A stretch of DNA of 64,000 nucleotides, from positions 17,484,001-17,548,000 of the forward strand of contig OZ024742.1 in NCBI GenBank assembly GCA_964016885.1. The letters run 5' to 3'. Made by a program: the position numbers and the translations under genes. Below the pieces are notes generated by a model. The model saw nothing but the letters and a program-made list of their open reading frames with translations. It ran no database searches and was not told the DNA's origin. This document shows positions 19,537-31,500 of the stretch, in pieces. Numbering within the stretch: position 1 is the first letter of the stretch; each line of letters starts with the position of its first letter. The DNA comes from Eledone cirrhosa. Lineage: Eukaryota.

Positions 19537-22500
19537 GACTGTACTTCGAACCTGTTGGTTAGAATTGTGTACTTCTCAAATTATCAGACTGTACTTCGAA
19601 CATGTTTGATAGAATTCTGTACTTCTCAAACTGTCAAACTGTACTTCGAACTTATTGGATATAATTGTGCACTTCTCAAACTGTCAGACTGTACTTCGAA
19701 CTTATTGGATATAATTGTGCACTTCTCAAACTGTCAGACTGTACATCGAACTTGTTGGATATAATTGTGCACTTCTCAAACTGTCAGACTGTACTTCGAA
19801 TCTGTTGGATAGAATTGTGTACTTCTCAAACTGTCAGATTGTACTTCGAACCTGTTTGATAGAATTGTGTATTCCTTAAACTGTCTGACTGTACTTCGAA
19901 CCTGTTGGATAGAATTGTGTATTCCTCAAACTGTCAGACTGTACTTCGAACCTGTTTGATAGAATTGTGCACTTCTCAAACTGTCAGACTGTACTTCGAA
20001 TCTGTTGGATAGAATTGTGTACTTCTCAAACTGTCAGACTATACTTCGAACCTGTTTGATAGAATTGTGTATTCCTCAAACTGTCAGACTGTACTTCGAA
20101 CCTGTTGGATAGAATTGTGTACTCCTCAAACTGTCAGACTGTACTTCCAACCTGTTTGATAGAATTGTGTACTCCTCAAACTGTCAGACTGTACTTCGAA
20201 CTCATTGGATAGAATTGTGTACTCCTCAAACTGTCAGACTGTACTTCGAACCTGTTTGATAGAATTGTGCACTTCTCAAACTGTCAGACTGTACTTCGAA
20301 TCTGTTGGATAGAATTGTGTACTTCTCAAACTGTCAGACTATACTTCGAACCTGTTTGATAGAATTGTGTATTCCTCAAACTGTCAGACTGTACTTCGAA
20401 CCTGTTGGATAGAATTGTGTACTCCTCAAACTGTCAGACTGTACTTCCAACCTGTTTGATAGAATTGTGTACTCCTCAAACTGTCAGACTGTACTTCGAA
20501 CTCATTGGATAGAATTGTGTACTCCTCAAACTGTCAGACTGTACTTCGAACCTGTTGGATAGAATTGTGTACTCCTCAAACTGTCAGACTGTACTTCGAA
20601 TCTGTTGGATAGAATTGTGTACTTCTCAAACTGTCAGACTATACTTCGAACCTGTTTGATAGAATTGTGTATTCCTTAAACTGTCTGACTGTACTTCGAA
20701 CCTGTTGGATAGAATTGTGTACTCCTCAAACTGTCAGACTGTACTTCGAACCTGTTTGATAGAATTGTGCACTTCTCAAACTGTCAGACTGTACTTCGAA
20801 TCTGTTGGATAGAATTGTGTACTTCTCAAACTGTCAGACTATACTTCGAACCTGTTTGATAGAATTGTGTATTCCTCAAACTGTCAGACTGTACTTCCAA
20901 CCTGTTTGATAGAATTGTGTACTCCTCAAACTGTCAGACTGTACTTCGAACTCATTGGATAGAATTGTGTACTCCTCAAACTGTCAGACTGTACTTCGAA
21001 ACTGTTTGATAGAATTGTGTATTCCTTAAACTGTCTAACTGTACTTCGAACCTGTTGGATAGAATTGTGTACTTCTCAAACTGTCAGACTGTACTTCGAA
21101 CCTGTTGGATAGAAGTGTGTACTCCGAAAACTGTCTGACTGTACTTCGAACCTGTTGGATAGAATTGTGTACTCCTCAAACTGTCAGACTGTACTTCGAA
21201 CCTGTTTGATAGAATTGTGTACTTCTCAAACTGTCAGACTGTACTTCAAACTTGTTGGATATAATTGTGTACTTCTCAAACTGTCAGAGTGTACTTCGAA
21301 TCTGTTGGATAGAATTGTGTACTTCTCAAACTGTCAGACTGTACTTCGAACCTGTTTGATAGAATTGTGTATTCCTTAAACTGTCTGACTGTACTTCCAA
21401 CCTGTTTGATAGAATTGTATATTCCTCAAACTGTCTAACTGTACTTCGAACCTGTTGGATAGAATTGTGTACTTCTCAAACTGTCAGACTGTACTTCGAA
21501 CCTGTTGGATAGAATTGTGTACTTCTCAAACTGTCAGACTGTACTTCGAATCTGTTGGATAGAATTGTGTACTTCTCAAACTGTCAGACTGTACTTCGAA
21601 CCTGTTTGATAGAATTGTGTATTCCTCAAACTGTCAGACTGTACTTCCAACCTGTTTGATAGAATTGTGTACTCCTCAAACTGTCAGGCTGTACTTCGAA
21701 TCTGTTGGATATAATTGTGTACTTCTCAAACTCTCAGATTGTACTTTGTAGCTGTTGGATAGAATTGTGTACTTCTCAAACTTTCAGACTGTACTTCGAA
21801 CCTGTTGGATAGAATTGTGTACTCCTCAAACTGTCAGACTGTACTTTCAACCTGTTTGATAGAATTGTGTACTCCTCAAACTGTCAGACTGTTCTTCGAA
21901 CTCATTGGATAGAATTGTGTACTCCTCAAACTGTCAGACTGTACTTCGAATCTGTTGGATAGAATTGTGTACTCCTCAAACTGTCAGACTGTACTTCGAA
22001 TCTGTTGGATAGAATTGTGTACTCCTCAAACTGTCAGACTGTACTTCGAATCTGTTTGATAGAATTGTGTACTTCTCAAACTGTCAGACTGTACTTCCAA
22101 CCTGTTTGATAGAATTGTGTATTCCTAAAACTGTCAGACTGTACTTCGAATCTGTTGGATAGAATTGTGTACTTCTCAAACTGAAAGACTGTACTTCGAA
22201 CCTGTTTGATAGAATTGTGTACTCCTCAAACTGTCAGACTGTACTTCGAATATGTTGGATAGAATTGTGTACTTCTCGAACTGTCAGACTGTACTTCGAA
22301 CCTGTTGGATAGAATTGTTTATTCCTCAAACTGTCAGACTGTAATTCGAACCTGTTGGATAGAATTGTGTACTTCTCAAACTGAAAGACTGTACTTCGAA
22401 CCTGTTTGATAGAATTGTGTATTCCTCAAACTGTCAGACTGTACTTCGAATATGTTGGATAGAATTGTGTACTCCTTGAACTGTCAGACTGTACTTCGAA

Positions 22501-25500
22501 CCTGTTGGATAGAATTGTGTACTTCTCAAACTGTGACACTGTACTTCGAACCTGTTGGATAGAATTGTGTATTCCTTAAACTGCCAGACTGTACTTCGAA
22601 CCTGTTTCATAGAATTGTATACTCCTCAAACCATCAGACTGTTCTTCGAACTCATTGGATAGAATTGTGTACTTCTCAAACTGTCAGACTGTACTTCTAA
22701 CCTGTTGGATAGAATTGTGTACTTCTGAAACTGTCAGACTGTACTTCCAACCTGTTTGATAGAATTGTGTACTCCTCAAACTGTCAGACGGTACTTCTAA
22801 CTCATTGGATAGAATTGTGTACTCCTCAAACTGTCAGACTGTACTTCCAACCTGTTTGATAGAATTGTGTACACCTCAAACTGTCAGACTGTACTTCGAA
22901 CTCATTGGATAGAATTGTATACTCCTCAAACTGTCAGACTGTACTTCGAAACTGTTTGATAGAATTGTGTATTCCTCAAACAGTCAAACTGTACTTCGAA
23001 CCTGTTGGATAGAATTGTGTACTTCTCAAACTGTCAGACTGTACTTCGAATCTGTTGGATAGAAGTGTGTACTCCGCAAACTGTCAGATTGTACTTCGAA
23101 CCTGTTTGATAGAATTGTGTATTCCTTAAACTGTCTGACTGTACTTCGAACCTGTTGGATAGAATTGTGTACTCCTCAAACTGTCAGACTGTACTTCGAA
23201 CCTGTTTGATAGAATTGTGTACTTCTCAAACTGTCAGACTGTACTTCGAACTTGTTGGATATAATTGTGCACTTCTCAAACTGTCAGACTGTACTTCGAA
23301 TCTGTTGGATAGAATTGTGTACTTCTCAAACTGTCAGACTATACTTCGAACCTGTTTGATAGAATTGTGTATTCCTTAAACTGTCTGACTGTACATCGGA
23401 CCTGTTGGATAGAATTGTGTACTCCTCAAACTGTCAGACTGTACTTCGAATCTGTTGGATATAATTGTGTACTTCTCAAACTCTCAGACTGTACTTCGAA
23501 CCTGTTGGATAGAATTGTGTACTCCTCAAACTGTCAGACTGTACTTCCAACCTGTTTGATAGAATTGTGTACTCCTCAAACTGTCAGACTGTACTTCGAA
23601 CTCATTGGATAGAATTGTGTACTCCTCAAACTGTCAGACTGTACTTCGAACCTGTTGGATAGAATTGTGTACTCCTCAAACTGTCAGACTGTACTTCGAA
23701 CTAATTGGATAGAATTGTGTACTCCTCAAACTGTCAGACTGTACTTCGAAACTGTTTGATAGAATTGTGTATTCTTTAAACTGTCTAACTGTACTTCGAA
23801 CCTGTTGGATAGAAGTGTGTACTCCGAAAACTGTCTGACTGTACTTCGAACCTGTTGGATAGAATTGTGTACTCCTCAAACTGTCAGACTGTACTTCGAA
23901 CCTGTTTGATAGAATTGTGTACTTCTCAAACTGTCAGACTGTACTTCAAACTTGTTGGATATAATTGTGTACTTCTCAAACTGTCAGAGTGTACTTCGAA
24001 TCTGTTGGATAGAATTGTGTACTTCTCAAACTGTCAGACTGTACTTCGAACCTGTTTGATAGAATTGTGTATTCCTTAAACTGTCTGACTGTACTTCCAA
24101 CCTGTTTGATAGAATTGTATATTCCTCAAACTGTCTAACTGTACTTCGAACCTGTTGGATAGAATTGTGTACTTCTCAAACTGTCAGACTGTACTTCGAA
24201 CCTGTTGGATAGAATTGTGTACTTCTCAAACTGTCAGACTGTACTTCGAATCTGTTGGATAGAATTGTGTACTTCTCAAACTGTCAGACTGTACTTCGAA
24301 CCTGTTTGATAGAATTGTGTATTCCTCAAACTGTCAGACTGTACTTCCAACCTGTTTGATAGAATTGTGTACTCCTCAAACTGTCAGGCTGTACTTCGAA
24401 TCTGTTGGATATAATTGTGTACTTCTCAAACTCTCAGATTGTACTTTGTAGCTGTTGGATAGAATTGTGTACTTCTCAAACTTTCAGACTGTACTTCGAA
24501 CCTGTTGGATAGAATTGTGTACTCCTCAAACTGTCAGACTGTACTTCCAACCTGTTTGATAGAATTGTGTACTCCTCAAACTGTCAGACTGTACTTCGAA
24601 CTCATTGGATAGAATTTTGTACTCCTCAAACTGTCAGACTGTACTTCCAACCTGTTTGATAGAATTGTGTACTCCTCAAACTGTCAGACTGTTCTTCGAA
24701 CTCATTGGATAGAATTGTGTACTCCTCAAACTGTCAGACTGTACTTCGAATCTGTTGGATAGAATTGTGTACTCCTCAAACTGTCAGACTGTACTTCGAA
24801 CCTGTTTCATAGAATTGTATACTCCTCAAACCATCAGACTGTTCTTTGAACTCATTGGATAGAATTGTGTACTTCTCAAACTGTCAGACTGTACTTCGAA
24901 ATTGTTTGATAGAATTGTGTATTCCTCAAACAGTCAAACTGTACTTCGAACCTGTTGGATAGAATTCTGTACTTCTCAAACTGTCAGACTGTACTTCGAA
25001 CCTGTTGGATAGAATTGTGTACTCCGCAAACTGTCAGACTGTACTTCGAACCTGTTGGATAGAATTGTGTACTCCTCAAACCGCCAGACTGTACTTCGAA
25101 TCTGTTTGATAGAATTGTGTACTTCTCAAACTGTCAGACTGTACTTCCAACCTGTTTGATAGAATTGTGTATTCCTCAAACTGTCAGACTGTACTTCGAA
25201 TCTGTTGGATATAATTGTGTACTTCTCAAACTGTCAGACTGTACTTCGAACCTGTTTGATAGAATTGTGTATTCCTCAAACTGTCAGACTGTACTTCCAA
25301 CCTGTTTGATATAATTGTGTACTTCTCAAACTCTCAGACTGTACTTTGAACCTGTTGGATAGAATTGTGTACTTCACAAACTCTCAGACTGTACTTCGAA
25401 CCTGTTGGATAGAAATGTGTACTCCTCAAACTGTCAGACTGTACTTCCAACCTGTTTGATAGAATTGTGTACTCCTCAACCTGTCGGACTGTACTTCGAA

Positions 25501-28500
25501 CTCATTGGATAGAATTCTGTACTCCTCAAACTGTCAGACTGTACTTCCAACCTGTTTGATAGAATGTTGTACTCCTCAAACTGTCAGACTGTTCTTCGAA
25601 CTCATTGGATAGAATTGTGTACTCCTCAAACTGTCAGACTGTACTTCGAATCTGTTGGATAGAATTGTGTACTCCTCAAACTGTCAGACTGTACTTCGAA
25701 TCTGTTGGATATATTTGTGTACTTCTCAAACTGTTAGACTGTACTTCCAACCTGTTTGATAGAATTGTGTATTCCTCAAACTGTCAGACTGTACTTCGAA
25801 TCTGTTGGATAGAATTGTGTACTTCTCAAACTGAAAGACTGTACTTCGAACCTGTTTGATAGAATTGTGTATTCCTCAAACTGTCAGACTGTACTTCGAA
25901 CCTGTTTGATAGAATTGTTTATTCGTCAAACTCTCACACTGTACTTAGAATCTGTTGGATAGAATTGTGTACTCCTCAAACTGTCAGACTGTACTTCGAA
26001 TCTGTTGGATATAATTGTGTACTTCTCAAACTGTTACACCGTACTTCGAATATGTTGGATAGAATTGTGTATTCCTCAAACTGTCAGACTGTACTTCGAA
26101 CCTGTTGGATAGCATTGTGTACTTCTCAAACTGTCAGACTGTACTTCGAACCTGTTTGATAGAATTGTCTATTCCTCAAACTGTCTGACTGTACTTCGAA
26201 CCTGTTTCATAGAATTGTATACTCCTCAAACTATCAGACTGTTCTTCGAACTCATTGGATAGATTTGTGTACTTCTCAAACTGTCAGACTGTACTTCTAA
26301 CCTGTTGGATAGCATTGTGTACTTCTCAAACTGTGACACTGTACTTCGAACCTGTTGGATAGACTTGTGTATTCCTTAAACTGTCTGACTGTACTTCGAA
26401 CCTGTTTCATAGAATTGTATACTCCTCAAACTATCAGACTGTTCTTCGAACTCATTGGATAGATTTGTGTACTTCTCAAACTGTCAAACTGTACTTCCAA
26501 CCTGTTGGATAGAATTGTGTATTCCTCAAACTGTCAGACTGTACTTCCAACCTGTTGGATAGAATTGTGTACTTCTCAAACTGTCAGACTGTACTTCTAA
26601 CCTGTTGGATAGAATTGTGTACTCCTGAAACTGTCAGACTGTACTTCCAACCTGTTTGATAGAATTGTGTACTCCGCAAACTGTCAGACTGTACTTCGAA
26701 TCTGTTGGATAGAATTGTGTACTCCTCAAACTGTCTGACTGTACTTCGAACCTGTTTGATAGAATTGTGTATTCCTCAAACTATCAGAATGTTCTTCGAA
26801 CTCATTGGATAGAATTGTGTACTTCTCAAACTGTCAGACTGTACTTCGAACCTGTTGGATAGAATTGTGTACTCCGCAAACTGTCAGACTGTACTTCGAA
26901 CCTGTTGGATAGAATTGTGTACTCCTCAAACTGTCAGACTGTACTTCGAACCTGTTTGATAGAATTGTGTACTTCTCAAACTGTCAGACTGTACTTCGAA
27001 CCTGTTGGATAGCATTGTGTACTTCTCAACCTGTCAGACTGTACTTCGAATCTGTTGGATATAATTGTGTACTTCTCAAACTGTCAGACTGTACTTCGAA
27101 CCTGTTTGATAGAATTGTGTATTCCTCAAACTGTCAGACTGTACTTCCAACCTGTTTGATAGAATTGTGTACTCCTCAAACTGTCAGACTGTACTTCGAA
27201 TCTGTTTCATATAATTGTGTACTTCTCAAACTCTCAGACTGTACTTTGAACCTGTTGGATAGAATTGTGTACTTCACAAACTCTCAGACTGTACTTCGAA
27301 CCTGTTGGATAGAATTGTGTACTCCTCAAACTGTCAGACTGTACTTCCAACCAGTTTGATAGAATTGTGTACTCCTCAAACTGTCGGACTGTACTTCGAA
27401 CTCATTGGATAGAATTGTGTACTCCTCAAACTGTCAGACTGTACTTCCAACCTGTTTGATAGAATGTTGTACTCCTCAAACTGTCAGACTGTTCTTCGAA
27501 CTCATTGGATAGAATTGTGTACTCCTCAAACTGTCAGACTGTACTTCGAATCTGTTTGATAGAATTGTGTACTTCTCAAACTGTCAGACTGTACTTCGAA
27601 CCTGTTGGATAGAATTGTGTACTTCTCAAACTGTTAGACCGTACTTCGAATATGTTGGATAGAATTGTGTACTTCTCGAACTGTCAGACTGTACTTCGAA
27701 CCTGTTGGATAGCATTGTGTACTTCTCAAACTGTCAGACTGTACTTCGAACCTGTTTGATAGAATTGTCTATTCCTCAAACTGTCAGACTGTACTTCGAA
27801 TCTGTTGGATAGAATTGTGTACTCCTCAAACTATCTGACTGTACTTCGAACCTGTTTGATAGAATTGTGTATTCCTCAAACTATCAGACTGTTCTTCGAA
27901 CTCATTGGATAGAATTGTGTACTTCTCAAACTGTCAGACTGTACTTCGAACCTGTTTGATAGAATTGTGTACTTCTCAAACTGTCAGACTTTACTTCGAA
28001 CTTGTTGGATATAATTGTGTACTTCTCAAACTGTCAGACTGTACTTCGAATCTGTTGGATAGAATTGTGTACTCTTCAAACTGTCAGACTGTAATTCGAA
28101 TCTGTTGGATAGAATTGTGTACTTCTCAAACTGTCAGACTGTACTTCGAATCTGTTTGATAGAATTGTGTACTTCTCAAACTGTCAGACTGTACTTTGAA
28201 CCTGTTGGATAGAATTGTGTACTGCTCAAACTGTCACACTATACTTCGAACCTGTTTGATAGAAGTATGTACTCCGCAAACTGTCAGACTGTACTTCGAA
28301 CCTGTTGGATAGAATTGTGTACTCCTCAAACTGTCAGACTGTACTTCGAACCTGTTGGATAGAATTGTGTACTCTTCAAACTGTCAGACTGTAATTCGAA
28401 TCTGTTGGATAGAATTGTGTACTTCTCAAACTGTCAGACTGTACTTCGAATCTGTTTGATAGAATTGTGTACTTCTCAAACTGTCAGACTGTACTTCCAA

Positions 28501-31500
28501 CCTGTTTGATAGAATTGTGTATTCCTCAAACTGTCAGACTGTACTTCGAATCTGTTGGATAGAATTGTGTACTTCTCAAACTGAAAGACTGTACTTCGAA
28601 TCTGGTTGATAGAATGGTGTATTCCTCAAACTGTCAGACTGTACTTCGAATCTGTTGGATAGAATTGTGTACTTCTCAAACTGTGACACTGTACTTCGAA
28701 CCTGTTGGATAGAATTGTGTACTCCTCAAACTGTCAGGCTGTACTTCGAACCTGTTTGATAGAATTGTGTACTTCTCAAACTGTCAGACTGTACTTCGAA
28801 CTTGTTGGATATAATTGTGTACTTCTCAAACTGTCAGACTGTACTTCGAAACTGTTTGATAGAATTGTGTATTCCTCAAACAGTCAAACTGTACTTCGAA
28901 CCTGTTGGATAGAATTGTGTACTTCTCAAACTGTCAGACTGTACTTCGAACCTGTTGGATAGAATTGTGTACTCCTGAAACTGTCAGACTGTACTTCGAA
29001 CCTGTTTGATAGAATTGTCTATTCCTCAAACTGTCAGACTGTACTTCGAATCTGTTGGATAGAATTGTGTACTTCTCAAACTGTGACACTGTACTTCGAA
29101 CCTGTTGGATAGAATTGTGTACTCCTCAAACTGTCAGGCTGTACTTCGAACCTGTTTGATAGAATTGTGTACTTCTCAAACTGTCAGACTGTACTTCGAA
29201 CTTGTTGGATATAATTGTGTACTTCTCAAACTGTCAGACTGTACTTCGAATCTGTTGGATAGAATTGTGTACTTTTCAAACTGTCAGACTGTACTTCGAA
29301 CCTGTTTGATAGAATTGTGTATTCCTTAAACTGTCAGACTGTACTTCGAACCTGGTTGATAGAATTGTGTACTCCTCAAACTGTCAGACTGTACTTCGAA
29401 TCTGTTGGATATAATTGTGTACTTCTCAAACTGTCAGACTGTACTTCGAACCTGTTTGATAGAATTGTGTATTCCTCAAACTGTCAGACTGTACTTCGAA
29501 TCTGTTGGATAGAATTGTGTACTTCTCAAACTGAAAGACTGTACTTCGAACCTGGTTGATAGAATTGTGTACTCCTCAAACTATCTGACTGTACTTCGAA
29601 CCTGTTTGATAGAATTGTGTACTTCTCAAACTGTCAGACTGTACTTCGAACTTGTTGGATATAATTGTGTACTTCTCAAACTGTCAGACTGTACTTCGAA
29701 TCTGTTGGATAGAATTGTGTACTCTTCAAACTGTCAGACTGTAATTCGAATCTGTTGGATAGAATTGTGTACTTCTCAAACTGTCAGACTGTACTTCGAA
29801 CCTGTTTGATAGAATTGTGTATTCCTCAAACTGTCAGACTGTACTTCGAACCTGTTTGATAGAATTGTTTATTCGTCAAACTCTTACACTGTACTTAGAA
29901 TCTGTTGGATAGAATTGTGTACTCCTCAAACTGTCAGACTGTACTTCGAATCTGTTGGATATAATTGTGTACTTCTCAAACTGTTAGACCCTACTTCGAA
30001 TATGTTGGATAGAATTGTGTACTTCTCGAACTGTCAGACTGTACTTCGAACCTGTTGGATATCATTGTGTACTTCTCAAACTGTCAGACTGTACTTCGAA
30101 CCTGTTTGATAGAATTGTCTATTCCTCAAACTGTCAGACTGTACTTCGAATCTGTTGGATAGAATTGTGTACTTCTCAAACTGTGACACTGTACTTCGAA
30201 CCTGTTGGATAGACTTGTGTATTCCTTAAACTGTCTGACTGTACTTCGAACCTGTTTCATAGAATTGTATACTCCTCAAACTATCAGACTGTTCTTCGAA
30301 CTCATTGGATAGAATTGTGTACTTCTCAAACTGTCAGACTGTACTTCTAATCTGTTGGATAGAATTGTGTACTCCTGAAACTGTCAGACTGTACTTCCAA
30401 CCTGTTTGATAGAATTGTGTACTCCTCAAACTGTCAGACTGTACTTCGAACTCATTGGATAGAATTGTGTACTCCTCAAACTGTCAGACTGTACTTCCAA
30501 CCTGTTTGATAGAATTGTGTACTCCTCAAACTGTCAGACTGTACTTCGAACTCATTGGATAGAATTGTATACTCCTCAAACTGTCAGACTGTACTTCGAA
30601 ACTGTTTGATAGAATTGTGTATTCCTCAAACAGTCAAACTGTACTTCGAACCTGTTGGATAGAATTGTATACTTCTCAAACTGTCAGACTGTACTTCGAA
30701 CCTGTTGGATAGAATTGTGTACTCCGCAAACTGTCAGACTGTACTTCGAACCTGTTGGATAGAATTGTGTACTCCTCAAACCGTCAGACTGTACTTCGAA
30801 TCTGTTGGATAGAATTGTGTACTTCTCAAACTGAAAAACTGTACTTCGAACCTGTTTGATAGAATTGTGTATTCCTCAAACTGTCAGACTGTACTTCGAA
30901 TATGTTGGATAGAATTGTGTACTTCTCGAACTGTCAGACTGTACTTCGAACCTGTTGGATAGCATTGTGTACTTCTCAAACTGTCAGACTGTTCTTCGAA
31001 CCTGTTTGATAGAATTGTCTATTCCTCAAACTGTCAGACTGTACTTCGAATCTGTTGGATAGAATTGTGTACTTCTCAAACTGTCAAACTGTACTTCGAA
31101 CCTGGTTGATAGAATTGTGTATTCCTTAAACTGTCTGACTGTACTTCGAACCTGTTGGATAGAATTGTGTACTTCTCAAACTGTCAGACTGTACTTCGAA
31201 CCTGTTGGATAGCATTGTGTACTTCTCAAACTGTCAGACTGTACTTCGAACCTGTTTGATAGAATTGTGTATTCCTCAAACTGTCAGACTGTACTTCGAA
31301 TCTGTTGGATAGAATTGTGTACTTCTCAAACTGTGACACTGTACTTCGAACCTGTTGGATAGACTTGTGTATTCCTTAAACTGTCTGACTGTACTTCGAA
31401 CCTGTTTCATAGAATTGTATACTCCTCAAATTATCAGACTGTTCTTCGAACTCATTGGATAGAATTGTGTACTTCTCAAACTGTCAGACTGTACTTCGAA

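Noticed and set aside
19537-19700. CENP-B box, Pol III B-box or hammerhead within the satellite monomer
   Set aside because: TTCG is not followed by the A..CGGG of a CENP-B box. GGTTCGAA on the minus strand lacks the downstream CC and any A box. CTGACAG is not CTGANGA, and no stem II/GAAA arrangement is present.
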